Source: Candidatus Giovannonibacteria bacterium
Lineage (GTDB): Bacteria; Patescibacteriota; Minisyncoccia; UBA11713; 2-01-FULL-45-33
DNA: 64,000 nucleotides
Assembly: GCA_016176295.1 (NCBI GenBank)
Contig: JACOXN010000006.1
Location: forward strand, 18,466 to 82,465
Reading direction: 5' to 3'
The position numbers and the translations under genes were made by a program. Below, in pieces: positions 37,720 through 47,785 of this stretch. How positions within the stretch are numbered: position 1 is the stretch's first letter; the number at the start of each line of letters is the position of its first letter. A model generated the notes under the pieces. The model had not been told where the DNA came from. It was given only the letters and a program-made list of their open reading frames with translations, and did not search any database.

Positions 37720-39366
37720 CTACTCCGCGGCAACTCTATTTAATTCATCAAAGGACGTGACCCCGTCCATTACTTTTAAAATACCGTCCTGGAACATGGT
37801 TAGCATTCCTTGTTCCAGCGCCTTTTTTCTGATGTCCGATTCCGAAGGGTTATTGATAATAAGGCGCTCAATTTCGTCGGTTATTAGAAATGCCTCAAAC
37901 ACCCCTATTCGTCCTTTGTATCCGGTCATGTTGCAGGCTTCGCACTTGTTGCTTTTCCAAAGTTTAAGTTTTTCGGGCATCGGCCGGGAATAGACAGGCG
38001 GCATTTCTTTAAGCGCTTTTTCAAATATTTTTTTCTCTTCGTCGGTCGCATCCTCCTCGGTTTTGCATTTCGGACAGAGCACCCGCACGAGCCGCTGTGC
38101 CATAGCGGTGTTTATCGCTGGTGAAATTATGTTTGGTTTTACCCCAAGGTCCAGAAGACGCGGTATCGTACCCGGGGCGTTGTTGGTGTGCAAGGTAGAG
38201 AAGACCAAGTGGCCGGTGAGCGCCGCATGCATTGCAATCTCGGCGGTTTCGAAGTCTCTTATTTCCCCCACGAGTATCACGTCGGGGTCCTGGCGCAGGA
38301 TGGATCTTAAACCGTTCGAAAAGTCATAGCCTCTCGCAGCGTCCACTTGTGTCTGGGTAACGTACGGGATGTGATACTCAATAGGATCCTCAATGGTGAT
38401 TATTTTTATTTCCGGCGAGGATATTTTTTTCAAAAAAGTGTAAAGAGTGGTGGTTTTTCCCGAACCTGTCGGGCCGGTCGTAAGTATCATGCCGTTGGGG
38501 CGGTCCAGTTCATGCTGCATTATTTTGAAAAGCTCCGGCTGCATACCCAGGTGTTCGAATTCCATTTCGATGGTTTTGGAGAGAAGAAGCCTCATCACTA
38601 CGGATTCACCGTAAGGGCCGGGAAGCACCGAAGTTCTTACCTCTACATCTTCACCTTTGGTTTTTATAGTGAACCTTCCGTCCTGCGGCCGGTCATGGAT
38701 ATTAAGTTTTATCTCCGAGATAAGCTTTATCCGCGAGAGTATCAATTGAAAAGTGGCATGGGGCATTTCAACCAGGTCCTGGAGCACGCCATCCAGTCTG
38801 AGGCGGATTCTCGCGGTCGAGACGCCGGGCTCGACGTGGATGTCGGAAGCTTCTACCGCTAAGGCTCCGGAGAGCAGAAGTTCCAGCGTATCGGACGCTT
38901 TTCTGGTGTCCTTTTCCCTGACCATTTGCGCCAATTTCTGTTTTAAATTATCGATAGTGTGAAAAGTGGCGACGAACGATTCCAGCTTGGCTTTGGAAAC
39001 GTCAACCGTACCAGATATCATTTCCTCAAATTTCGGGATTTCCTTGTACATGTCGATAGCTTTTTTCAAGCTAGTCGGGGATACCAAAAAGAGCTGTACT
39101 TCGTACTTTTTCCTTGTGAGATTGTCCAATACTTCCGCCAGCCCGGGCCGGTCGGGGTTGGTTACCACTATTTGGAGCTTTTTGCCTACGCTTTGTATGA
39201 CCGCCACTGAATTCGCCCCGGCTTCTTTTTCCGGGATGATTCTCAATGAATCCAAATCCACCGTCGCACGCGCGAGGTCCAGATAAGGTATCCCATGTTT
39301 CTGCGCCAGCCTGCGCGCCAGCTCTTCTTCTTCCTTCTTGCGCAGTTCTTGGAGCACGTCTTCCAT
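37720..39366 (-). CDS. pilB: Type IV pilus / type II secretion ATPase (PilB/GspE family)
   Basis: Walker A GPTGSGKTTT, Asp and His boxes, and a C-terminal tetracysteine CPKC...CEAC. Confidence 0.9.
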   Translation of the reverse strand: MEDVLQELRKKEEEELARRLAQKHGIPYLDLARATVDLDSLRIIPEKEAGANSVAVIQSVGKKLQIVVTNPDRPGLAEVLDNLTRKKYEVQLFLVSPTSLKKAIDMYKEIPKFEEMISGTVDVSKAKLESFVATFHTIDNLKQKLAQMVREKDTRKASDTLELLLSGALAVEASDIHVEPGVSTARIRLRLDGVLQDLVEMPHATFQLILSRIKLISEIKLNIHDRPQDGRFTIKTKGEDVEVRTSVLPGPYGESVVMRLLLSKTIEMEFEHLGMQPELFKIMQHELDRPNGMILTTGPTGSGKTTTLYTFLKKISSPEIKIITIEDPIEYHIPYVTQTQVDAARGYDFSNGLRSILRQDPDVILVGEIRDFETAEIAMHAALTGHLVFSTLHTNNAPGTIPRLLDLGVKPNIISPAINTAMAQRLVRVLCPKCKTEEDATDEEKKIFEKALKEMPPVYSRPMPEKLKLWKSNKCEACNMTGYKGRIGVFEAFLITDEIERLIINNPSESDIRKKALEQGMLTMFQDGILKVMDGVTSFDELNRVAAE

Positions 39367-39375
39367 ATATTGATT

Positions 39376-40452
39376 TTACAGGTTTTCCGGCGAATTTAAA
39401 AATGTACGCTGCATGGCGGAGCGTATTTTCAGCTCTGCCTCCGAAAAGGTCAAAAATCCTTTCGCGATGAAATAGGGGGAGGAGAGAGAAGTGCCCAGCG
39501 AAGAAGCGAGTTTTTGAAGTTTGTTAATATCCCTTCCTCCGATAAGAGCCTCGACGGCTTTGGGGTCGGATGTATTTTCCCAAAGCAGGGCGAAAAAGCC
39601 GGCTTCGGGTCTGATGTTTTTCATTTCCCTAAACAGCTCCGGAGCAGCCTCCGGGGATTGCCCAGTTTTCAGAAAATCTCCCTTCGGGATGAAAGACCAA
39701 AGCGTTTCGGTGTTTTTTTCGAATTCCGAGCGGGCCATGGCTCTTCCCAGAAGTTTCCAGAAGTTCTTACCCAGAAGTATTTCCTTGGCGCGCATTATTA
39801 CCCCCGAGTCTATTTTTTTTTCCAAAAGAGAACGTTTTAAGTCCAGATTTTCTTTAAGTTCGTTTTCGCTTGTTTTTTCTTCTATTTCCGAAAGTGCCCA
39901 GAGGGCGTTTACGAATTCCTCGGGTATTTCGTCAAAAAGAGCCGTTAAAACGTCGCTTATTTTGGCGGCCATGGATTTTTCCTTCGCGCTAAGTTTAACA
40001 ACTTCCCGGTGGGGGATAAGCGCTAGTATCTTTTCCAGCTCCTTTTCTTCGGGGTCTACTATCAAAAGCAGGTCAACGGGAGCGGATTCTTTTTCTATCG
40101 AGATATCGGAGGCGTTCAACGAATCAGCGCCTTTCAATATTATTTTTAGTATATCTCCTTCTTTTTCGTACTTCAGCTCGGACACGGGTATTTTCTTCGT
40201 GTCCAATTTTATCAGAATATTTTCCGGCTTTGGAAGGTTTTCGAGGTTTTTTACCACAGCCTCCGTGAACTTGCGGACATTCTCGGCATTTTCGGTTGGC
40301 TGCAGGTGTGATTTTTTTCCGAATTTAAGAAAAGCGCTGTGAAGTATGGCCGAAGACAGTGCATGGGGAGCGCTTTTTGACTTTCCGGAGACGACTGCAA
40401 CGGAGTTTACTTTCTCGAGTTCGTCTTTGAATTTTTTTAAGGCTTCAGACAT
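39376..40452 (-). CDS. Hypothetical protein (possibly a degenerate DHH/DHHA1-like fold)
   Basis: Start taken at MSEALKKFKDELEK. Two-domain layout, but no DHH catalytic motif is visible. Confidence 0.4.
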   Translation of the reverse strand: MSEALKKFKDELEKVNSVAVVSGKSKSAPHALSSAILHSAFLKFGKKSHLQPTENAENVRKFTEAVVKNLENLPKPENILIKLDTKKIPVSELKYEKEGDILKIILKGADSLNASDISIEKESAPVDLLLIVDPEEKELEKILALIPHREVVKLSAKEKSMAAKISDVLTALFDEIPEEFVNALWALSEIEEKTSENELKENLDLKRSLLEKKIDSGVIMRAKEILLGKNFWKLLGRAMARSEFEKNTETLWSFIPKGDFLKTGQSPEAAPELFREMKNIRPEAGFFALLWENTSDPKAVEALIGGRDINKLQKLASSLGTSLSSPYFIAKGFLTFSEAELKIRSAMQRTFLNSPENL

Positions 40453-40521
40453 GTGTTGTATACATTCGTAGCATATTGGTAATGACCGCAACAAGTGGAA
40501 AACTTTGTTTTTGGCTTGCCC

Positions 40522-40550
40522 TTGACTTTAGCATACATTAGATGTATAAT
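40522..40550 (+). promoter_or_regulatory. Near-consensus sigma-70-type promoter (TTGACT-N17-TATAAT)
   Basis: Read directly. A 7-bp stem hairpin CCGTATC...GATACGG and a GGAGAAGGGGAG SD follow, before the ATG at 40642. Confidence 0.6.
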
Positions 40551-40641
40551 CAAGGCGGAAAAAAGGCTTTTAAAATATGTCCAAATAATTTAGTCTTGAA
40601 ACCGTATCCTTTTAAAGATACGGAGAAGGGGAGAAGAAAAG

Positions 40642-41406
40642 ATGAATAAAATGGAAAAAAGGATGTATGCTGAAGTTGTTTTAGCGTTTTTTCTGACTTT
40701 GGCGGTTGTCTGTTTGGTTGCACTAGTGGTAATGCTACTGCTGCCAAACAGGGCCCACGCGTGTCAGTGGGTAAATCAGGGTGGGCGTCTCGTTCAGGTG
40801 GGTTGCCCTCAGCCATACCGAGGAGGATATGGCGGAGGATACGGCGGCGGTTATGGTGGGTTTCTCCAAGGCCTGGCCGAGGAAACGATTTATAGTCTTC
40901 CCAGCGCTATCGCCTCGGTGTACCGGAGCCATGCGGCCAAAGAGGTTGTCCTGGAGGCAATCGGAGCAAGCACCGTTCTAAAAGCTCCGGCGGCCTTGTG
41001 CGGGCAAGGCGAGGCAAGTTACGAGGGCACTAACGCTCGTGGAAAGATAAAGGCAAACAGTCGCGCTTGCGGAGCGACACCTTCCGTATCTGATTCGTAT
41101 GCAACCTCGTACGGCTACGGTCAGTCAACGAGGCAGCCACTTCCAGAGGTGGACGTCGCGAAACTTCGCGCTTTGCGCCCAATTCTTGATAGAGTAGGTG
41201 CCGATGAGGCGGAGCGGATCGCTCTCGAAAGAGCGATTCAGGAAATTCGCGACAGAAACACTCCGCAATATCCCCGCGAAACCTTACGCTCCGATGCGCG
41301 AACGCTACGTTCTCTCTATGAGCGTTTTCGGATATCCGGAGTGCAAAGCTCCGAGATGATGGTGTTGCATAGCGCCATCATTTACCTCGACCGCGCTAGC
41401 GGTTGA
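40642..41406 (+). CDS. Membrane-anchored protein with a GGYGGGYGGGYGG tract, unknown function
   Basis: N-terminal TM helix, a Gly/Tyr repeat, and an Arg-rich helical C-terminus. By eye it is more GC-rich than its neighbours. Confidence 0.5.
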   Translation: MNKMEKRMYAEVVLAFFLTLAVVCLVALVVMLLLPNRAHACQWVNQGGRLVQVGCPQPYRGGYGGGYGGGYGGFLQGLAEETIYSLPSAIASVYRSHAAKEVVLEAIGASTVLKAPAALCGQGEASYEGTNARGKIKANSRACGATPSVSDSYATSYGYGQSTRQPLPEVDVAKLRALRPILDRVGADEAERIALERAIQEIRDRNTPQYPRETLRSDARTLRSLYERFRISGVQSSEMMVLHSAIIYLDRASG

Positions 41407-41461
41407 GAGAAGATGAGAGAAGTCCGACTTCTCTCAATCAGAATAGTTCCCGCCGTTTTAT

Positions 41462-41491
41462 AAAAGGCATTCGAAATTTCGAATGCCTTTT
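41462..41491. terminator. Rho-independent terminator (perfect palindrome)
   Basis: AAAAGGCATTCGAAA/TTTCGAATGCCTTTT. Confidence 0.75.
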
Positions 41492-41498
41492 CCTTTTT

Positions 41499-41535
41499 CC
41501 CTCTCCTTCTGAAGGAGAGGGGTTGGGGGTGAGGT
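41499..41535. repeat. Nested palindromic repeat, partial copy (inner hairpin plus right outer arm)
   Basis: CCCTCTCCTT-CTG-AAGGAGAGGG followed by TTGGGGGTGAGGT. The left outer arm is missing. Confidence 0.7.
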
Positions 41536-41557
41536 AAGAGGAGAGTATAATTTAAAT

Positions 41558-42025
41558 GTGCAAAAGTGCGTGGAGATATCGACCAAAAGCGATAAGGATA
41601 CGAAGGCGGTGGGAGAAATACTGGCCCGGTCTTTAATGGAGGACGGACCTCGAAAAGTTGCCACCCTGGTCAGCCTGGAGGGGGATTTGGGTGCGGGGAA
41701 AACCACGTTTGTGCAGGGCTTTGCCAAAGGCCTCGGTATTAAAGAAATTCCCAAAAGCCCGACTTTCGTTCTGATGAAAATTTTCAGGATACCCGGTAAA
41801 AAAGGGAGAAAACATTTTGAAAATCTTATTCACATGGATGTCTACCGCATCAGCGCACGGGATTTGAATGCTCTTGAATGGAGCGATTTCAGCAAAAACC
41901 CGGCCAACTTGATTCTGGTGGAATGGGGCGGCCGCATCAAAAAAGCTTTTTCAAAAAAAGTTTTAAGAGTAATTTTCGAGCACGGAAAGAACGAAAAGGA
42001 GCGGATTTTACGGATCCAGGAATAG
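41558..42025 (+). CDS. tsaE: tRNA t6A biosynthesis protein TsaE
   Basis: P-loop GDLGAGKTTFVQG and a small ATPase size. GTG start is uncertain. Confidence 0.85.
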   Translation: MQKCVEISTKSDKDTKAVGEILARSLMEDGPRKVATLVSLEGDLGAGKTTFVQGFAKGLGIKEIPKSPTFVLMKIFRIPGKKGRKHFENLIHMDVYRISARDLNALEWSDFSKNPANLILVEWGGRIKKAFSKKVLRVIFEHGKNEKERILRIQE

Positions 42026-42057
42026 CTTAAAACCCTCAAAAATACTACAATTACGAG

Positions 42058-44685
42058 GTGAACGACGGTAAAACCAAAACACTGGTCCTTTTGGACGCCC
42101 ACGCGTTGATACACCGCGCTTATCATGCGCTGCCGCATTTTACTTCCGCCAAAACCGGCGAACCAACCGGGGCTCTTTACGGTCTTTCTTCAATGCTTCT
42201 CAGGGTGACAAAAGAATTAAAACCCGATTACATGATGGCGGCCTACGACCTGCCGGAGCCGACTTTTCGCCATATCGCCTATGAAAACTACAAAGCCACG
42301 AGGAAAGAGACGGATGACGAGCTGAAATTACAGCTAGACCGCTCCCACGACGTCGTGGAGGCTTTCGGCATACCCATATTAAGCTCGCCTGGATTTGAGG
42401 CGGACGATATTTTGGGAACCATCACGGAACAAATAAAGAAAAATCCGCCGGCGGAGAAATTGAAGGTCATCATAGTTTCCGGGGATATGGATGTGCTGCA
42501 GCTCGTGGACGGCAAGGACGTACTGGTTTATACGATGAAAAGGGGAATTGAGGACACAATCACTTACGACGAGGATAAAGTTAAGGAAAGGTTCGGTTTT
42601 TCTCCTGAAATGCTTCCGGATTTCAAAGGATTGAAGGGCGACCCGTCCGACAATATAAAAGGAGTCAAAGGAGTAGGAGAAAAAACTGCCTCGGAACTGA
42701 TAAAAAAATTCGGTTCGCTGGAGCAGATGTACGTGTCGCTTAAAAAGGGCGATACCAAAGGGTTGAAAGAAAGAATAGCGAATTTGCTCCTGGAGAACGA
42801 GGCGGAAGCTTTTTTTTCAAAAAACCTGGCTACTATCCGAAAGGACGTGCCGGTGAAATTTGAGCTTCCAAAGGCCGTTTATCAGGTTAATACCGACGAG
42901 GTAAAGAATATTTTCGAAACCCTGGGTTTTTCGAGCCTGGTCCAGCGCCTGGAATTGAAACCGGCCTCCAAAGACGTGGAAATTCCCGAGGATCAGCTCG
43001 CACTTTCCTCCAGGCTGGTGGAGGAGAGCAAGGAAAAGTTCTGGGAGGATCTCGAAGCGTCGGACACTATTTTTCTGCTCTGGAACGAGGACAACTTTTT
43101 TGTGAAAGGGCTCGGACACAACTGGGTTTTTGAAGAAGATTTTTTCGGGAAGGACCGGGAAAAGTGGCAGGCTGTTTTTTCCGGAAAACTCGTCGTTTCT
43201 TTTTTGATAAAAGACCTTTTAAATATCCTGAAAAAATATTCCATAAGCAAGATAGAGCGCTCTTTCGACTGTTTTTTGGCCGCTTGGGTGGTGGAAAGCA
43301 CCATGAAAGCGCCGACCAGAGATGAAATGTTCTCTTACTTTCTGGTAAAACACGCCGGCCCCGTACCGATGGATACCATCGATATGATGCCCGACCTTTA
43401 TACAAAACTATGCACGCTTCTTAGGGAAAAGAGTCTGGAAAAGATTTTTTACCAGATAGAAATGCCCCTAGTGCCGGTTCTTGCGGAAATGGAGTATCGT
43501 GGGATCGCCATCGATTGGGATTTTATGGACAGGTTTAAAAAGGAAATATCGCAAAGGTTGTCCGTTATTGAGGAGGAAATTTATAAGCTGGCTGGCACCA
43601 AATTCAATATTAATTCTCCGTCGCAATTGGGCGAGATTTTGTTTAATAAATTGAAAATATCCAATAAGGACATTAAAAAGACAAAAACTGGAAAGATCTC
43701 AACCCGGGAGTCCGAACTTGTAAAATTGCGAGGAAAAGTTCCTTTGGCCGACAATATTCTGGAGTACCGCGAGCTTTCCAAGCTTTTAGGGACCTACATT
43801 GAGCCGCTTTCGGAGCTTTCCAAGGCTGACGGACGCATCCACACCACTTTCAACCAAACCGGCACTGTGACCGGAAGACTGTCTTCCGAGTCGCCTAATT
43901 TGCAGAATATTCCTTCGCGGAGTGAAACCGGGGCGCGGATACGCGACGCTTTCCAGGCATCCGGAGGGTTCACTTTTGTTTCTTTCGATTATTCACAGAT
44001 AGAGCTCCGGATATTGGCGGCGTTCTCCAAAGACGAGAAAATGATACAGGCGTTCAAGACCGGCACCGACATTCATGCGCTCACGGCCTCGCTCATTAAT
44101 AATGTTCCCTTGGAAAAAGTGACTTCCCGGATGAGGAGCGCCGCCAAAACCATTAATTTCGGCATAATTTATGGGATGGGTGTGAGACAGCTGGCCCAGA
44201 ATACCGGAATGACCCAGGAAGAGGCAAAAAAATTCTATGAAAAATATTTCCATGATTTTCCCAGAATACGTGCCTACATGGACGGGATAAAAACGTCCGC
44301 GAAAGAAAAAGGCTACGTTGAGACCCTTTTCGGCCGGAAGAGATTTTTTGACCTGCGCCGCATGAATAACGCCGTGCCTGCCGGCAGGCGGGGCTTTTGG
44401 GAGGCCGAAATGGAAAGAATGGCCGTCAATGCCGTTATTCAGGGTACCGACGCCGATATTGTAAAAAAGGCCATGATCGATGTAAATTCCACATTTTACA
44501 ACATGGAAATCTATCCACTTTTACAGATTCATGACGAATTGGTGTATGAAATACGCGATGATATAATGAAAAAAGCAATACCCGAGATAAAAAAGATAAT
44601 GGAAAACGCGGTAAGCCTGGCAGTTCCGCTTGTGGTAGACGTCAAAACCGGTAAAAGATTAGGGTCATTGCAGAGTAATAAATAA
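42058..44685 (+). CDS. polA: DNA polymerase I
   Basis: 5'-nuclease domain (LLDAHALIHRAYHA). Polymerase motifs DYSQIELR, RSAAKTINFGIIYG and QIHDELV. Confidence 0.95.
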   Translation: MNDGKTKTLVLLDAHALIHRAYHALPHFTSAKTGEPTGALYGLSSMLLRVTKELKPDYMMAAYDLPEPTFRHIAYENYKATRKETDDELKLQLDRSHDVVEAFGIPILSSPGFEADDILGTITEQIKKNPPAEKLKVIIVSGDMDVLQLVDGKDVLVYTMKRGIEDTITYDEDKVKERFGFSPEMLPDFKGLKGDPSDNIKGVKGVGEKTASELIKKFGSLEQMYVSLKKGDTKGLKERIANLLLENEAEAFFSKNLATIRKDVPVKFELPKAVYQVNTDEVKNIFETLGFSSLVQRLELKPASKDVEIPEDQLALSSRLVEESKEKFWEDLEASDTIFLLWNEDNFFVKGLGHNWVFEEDFFGKDREKWQAVFSGKLVVSFLIKDLLNILKKYSISKIERSFDCFLAAWVVESTMKAPTRDEMFSYFLVKHAGPVPMDTIDMMPDLYTKLCTLLREKSLEKIFYQIEMPLVPVLAEMEYRGIAIDWDFMDRFKKEISQRLSVIEEEIYKLAGTKFNINSPSQLGEILFNKLKISNKDIKKTKTGKISTRESELVKLRGKVPLADNILEYRELSKLLGTYIEPLSELSKADGRIHTTFNQTGTVTGRLSSESPNLQNIPSRSETGARIRDAFQASGGFTFVSFDYSQIELRILAAFSKDEKMIQAFKTGTDIHALTASLINNVPLEKVTSRMRSAAKTINFGIIYGMGVRQLAQNTGMTQEEAKKFYEKYFHDFPRIRAYMDGIKTSAKEKGYVETLFGRKRFFDLRRMNNAVPAGRRGFWEAEMERMAVNAVIQGTDADIVKKAMIDVNSTFYNMEIYPLLQIHDELVYEIRDDIMKKAIPEIKKIMENAVSLAVPLVVDVKTGKRLGSLQSNK
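44376..44389. repeat. GC-rich palindromic element core (GCCTGCCGGCAGGC), in frame inside polA
   Basis: Translated VPAGRRG. It lies in a loop between FGRKRFFDL and MERMAVN that is about 8 aa longer than in my recalled Taq Pol I sequence. Confidence 0.6.
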
Positions 44686-44719
44686 CGGCGCATCTATTAT
44701 TTACTAAAGTAATATAAAT

Positions 44720-45745
44720 ATGAGTCTTTTAAAAAAAATTATGTTTGGGCTGGCCGCGTTAATTTTAATCGGTGCAGGATATTTTTATTACGTGCGTTAT
44801 AATCAGACAAAAATTTCTCCGCCACAGGAAAAACTTTGGCGCATCGGATTTTTACTTATTGATAAAGACATTGTCGGTGGGATCATACCGGGCTCATTTA
44901 AAGAGGCCATGAAAGGCCTCGGTTATGTAGAAGAAAAAAATACGATTTATACGATTAAAGAAGCAACAGGCGGAAACGCCGGTTTGCTGGATAAATATGC
45001 GGAAGAACTGGACAACGCGGGGCTCGACGTAATAATCGTAGGAGCTACTTCCTCCGCGCGTCCGTTTAAAAAAATAGGTTTAAAAACTCCGATTTTTGTT
45101 CTTGGAATGGGAGACCCGACAGCTTTAGTCGGCAATCCGGCAAAACCGGAGGGGTTGATTACCGGAATAGGCGAAGGGGCTTTGGAGTTTAACGGAAAAA
45201 GGCTGGAGCTTCTTAAACAAATTAAACCTACAATAAAAAAAGTTGTTTCTATCGTTGACACAAATCATTCCAATACGCTGGCTACCAAGGCTAGTTTGGA
45301 AAAACCAGCCAAAGAATTAGGGTTGGAAATGACGTATTTGGAGATTTCTGACTTTTCAAATCCGAAAGAACTTTTGGAAAAACTTCCCAAACTTACAAAT
45401 AAGTTGGGTGATGCCTACATATCCTGCGCATGCCCAAGCGGTGTCCGAAATGCAAAAGAAGTGACCGAACAGTTAAAAAAGGAAAAAATGCCGTCAATCA
45501 GCGGTCAATTAAAGCCTGGAGCGGAGGAGGGCTTTCTGGCAAGTTATAGCGACCAAAGAGAAGAGCTGGTTAGACTGGCAGTAAGCAGTGTGGATCAAAT
45601 ATTAAAAGGAACGCCGGTTTCCGGTGTTCCGGTCAAATTCGTAACCACCGCTGTTTTGGAATTGAACGAGGACACCGCAAAAGCCATAGGCGTTTCCTTT
45701 TCGGAAGCGATAAAACAGCGGGCCAGTAAAATTTATGGACAATAA
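44720..45745 (+). CDS. Membrane-anchored ABC-type substrate-binding protein homolog (ABC_sub_bind-like), paralog A
   Basis: TM anchor, then WRIGFLL..., ITGIGEGALEFNGKRLELLKQIKP and a C-terminal ...LNEDTAKAIGV. Confidence 0.7.
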   Translation: MSLLKKIMFGLAALILIGAGYFYYVRYNQTKISPPQEKLWRIGFLLIDKDIVGGIIPGSFKEAMKGLGYVEEKNTIYTIKEATGGNAGLLDKYAEELDNAGLDVIIVGATSSARPFKKIGLKTPIFVLGMGDPTALVGNPAKPEGLITGIGEGALEFNGKRLELLKQIKPTIKKVVSIVDTNHSNTLATKASLEKPAKELGLEMTYLEISDFSNPKELLEKLPKLTNKLGDAYISCACPSGVRNAKEVTEQLKKEKMPSISGQLKPGAEEGFLASYSDQREELVRLAVSSVDQILKGTPVSGVPVKFVTTAVLELNEDTAKAIGVSFSEAIKQRASKIYGQ

Positions 45746-46760
45746 AATAGTATCTGATCACATGAATATTTCAGTTAAAAAAGGAGCGATTTTTTTGGTA
45801 CTAGTTTTTGTGGCCGTCGGTTTTTACGTTTATTCGGTGAAAAATATGAATGCGAATCCGCCCAAAATAGTTTCTATTTTAACTGCTTCCGATCTGCAGT
45901 TGAGCGCGGCAGATGGGATAAAAAATGGCATGGAAGAAGCGGGTTTTAGGGAAGGCAAGGAAGTTATTTATGAAATTAGAAACCCCAAAGGCGATAAAGA
46001 ACTCGTTGCAAAAATGGCAAGAGATATTATAAACTCGAGGCCGGATGTGATCGTGCCTATTTCAACCACTGCCGCGGTAGCTATCAGGGATGCCAACAAT
46101 ATAGCGCAACTTCCGGTAGTGTTTGTGGATGTTGGAAATTTAAAACAGCTGGGAATCGTGGACGTCAAAAAACCGGGCGGTTCCATGACCGGTCTGACGT
46201 CTAACAGTCTCGCCATGGGCGGGAAAAGAGTTGAGATGCTCAAAGAGGCGGTGCCCTGGGCTCAAAATTTTGCAGTGGTGTTTAACCCCAATAGCGTGAA
46301 TTATGAAGACATAAGAAAAGTTTATGATGATGCGGCAAAAATGCTGGGCATGAAAATAACGCCGTATAACGCTTCAAGTGAAGCGGAACTTAAAACGGCT
46401 TTGGACCGCATCGCGAAAGACCAGCCCGACGGATTTCTTACTATACCTGACATGATAACGTCGGAGTATGCCACAACCATAGTTAAGGTTTTGACAGAAG
46501 CAAAAATACCTTCCATTGATTTTAATACGGAAAAAGGAGCCAAAGAGGGTTATTTGATAATGCTCGGAGTTACTAGATTTAGCATGGGGAAAGAGGGAGC
46601 TCGCCTAATCATTAAAGCGCTTAAAGGCGAAAAATTAGGGGATGTGCCCATTGAATACGCCGTCGGCCCTACAATTGAAATAAATTTGAAGACCGCCGAG
46701 GCTATAGGGGTAGAACTTCCGGATTCCGTCTTAAATAAAGCCGCTGTTATTTATAAATAA
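45735..46760 (+). CDS. Membrane-anchored ABC-type substrate-binding protein homolog, paralog B
   Basis: LPVVFVDVGNLKQLGIVDVKKPGGSMTGLTS...KRVEMLKE is a typical ABC_sub_bind core. An alternative start lies at 45762. Confidence 0.75.
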   Translation: MDNKIVSDHMNISVKKGAIFLVLVFVAVGFYVYSVKNMNANPPKIVSILTASDLQLSAADGIKNGMEEAGFREGKEVIYEIRNPKGDKELVAKMARDIINSRPDVIVPISTTAAVAIRDANNIAQLPVVFVDVGNLKQLGIVDVKKPGGSMTGLTSNSLAMGGKRVEMLKEAVPWAQNFAVVFNPNSVNYEDIRKVYDDAAKMLGMKITPYNASSEAELKTALDRIAKDQPDGFLTIPDMITSEYATTIVKVLTEAKIPSIDFNTEKGAKEGYLIMLGVTRFSMGKEGARLIIKALKGEKLGDVPIEYAVGPTIEINLKTAEAIGVELPDSVLNKAAVIYK

Positions 46761-46779
46761 TTATTAATTTTTTAATAAA

Positions 46780-47766
46780 ATGAGCACAAAATATATTGTA
46801 GGTTTTTTGATTTTTTTAGCCGTCTTGTTAGGGGGTTGGTATTACTTTCAGACTCCACAGAAAATGTGGAAAGTCGCATTTTTGGCGCTGTCTGAAAAAG
46901 ATATCCAGTCAAATAATTTAGTGGGTTTTAAAAAAGGCATGGAAAGGCTCGGTTATATAGAAGGAAAAAATATAGAATACATCATAAAAGTAGCGAGCCG
47001 CGGGGAAGAATCCGATAAAATGGCCGCGCTGATGAACAAAGAGGAATATGACATTATTCTCACGGGTTCGACTTCGTCCACGGAGTCTTTCAAGAAGCTG
47101 CCCGATCTCGGGGCCAGAGTTTTTTTCCTGTCTGCTGGCAGGCCTGCCGACCTGGTCAAGAATTTTTCCGCTCCGGAAGGTTTCATTACGGGAATAGGCG
47201 AGCCAACGTTCGCGTTTACGGAAAAACGGATAGGTTTTTTGAAAGAATTATTGCCTTCGGTTAAAAAGATAGGAACAATTATCGAGCATGGCCATAAAAC
47301 TGCTCTGGCATCTCTCAGCGAAGTAAAGTCAGCTGCCGACAAGCTGGGTATAGAAGTCGTAGTTTATGAGATTACCACAGACAAGCGGCAGGATCTTTTG
47401 GAAAAATTACAGTTTATAAGCAAAGAGAACGGCATCGATGCGTACATTGCCTGCACCTGCGCCAGCAATGAAACTTATTCAAAAGATATAGCCGACTACC
47501 TCATTAAAGCCAAAATACCCGGGATGAACCCGGAAATAGAAATTGGAGCCAATATCGGATGGCTCGTGACTTTCAGCAATGACCGTTTGAAAGCCGGCGA
47601 GCGCGCCGCCGAAAGTGTGGATCTTATTCTGAAAGGAACGCCGATATCAAAAGTTCCGGTGGAGGTGGCGCAGGATGCTCTTTTGGAAGTAAACAAAAAA
47701 ACAGCCGAAAGTATAGGCGTGCAAATTCCGGCAGTTATCTTGGAAAGAGCCAATAAAGTTTATTAA
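46780..47766 (+). CDS. Membrane-anchored ABC-type substrate-binding protein homolog, paralog A'
   Basis: By eye closest to the 44720 gene (ITGIGEPTFAFTEKRIGFLKELLP). Confidence 0.7.
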   Translation: MSTKYIVGFLIFLAVLLGGWYYFQTPQKMWKVAFLALSEKDIQSNNLVGFKKGMERLGYIEGKNIEYIIKVASRGEESDKMAALMNKEEYDIILTGSTSSTESFKKLPDLGARVFFLSAGRPADLVKNFSAPEGFITGIGEPTFAFTEKRIGFLKELLPSVKKIGTIIEHGHKTALASLSEVKSAADKLGIEVVVYEITTDKRQDLLEKLQFISKENGIDAYIACTCASNETYSKDIADYLIKAKIPGMNPEIEIGANIGWLVTFSNDRLKAGERAAESVDLILKGTPISKVPVEVAQDALLEVNKKTAESIGVQIPAVILERANKVY

Positions 47767-47785
47767 TTATAATTTAATTTCTAAC

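Noticed and set aside
47127-47146. CCTGTCTGCTGGCAGGCCTG (LSAGRPAD) in the third binding-protein gene, considered as a sixth copy of the GC-rich palindromic element.
   Set aside because: The paralog at 44720 has a same-length segment (GMGDPTALV) at this position, so nothing is inserted. The resemblance (about 16 of 20 positions) is probably chance.
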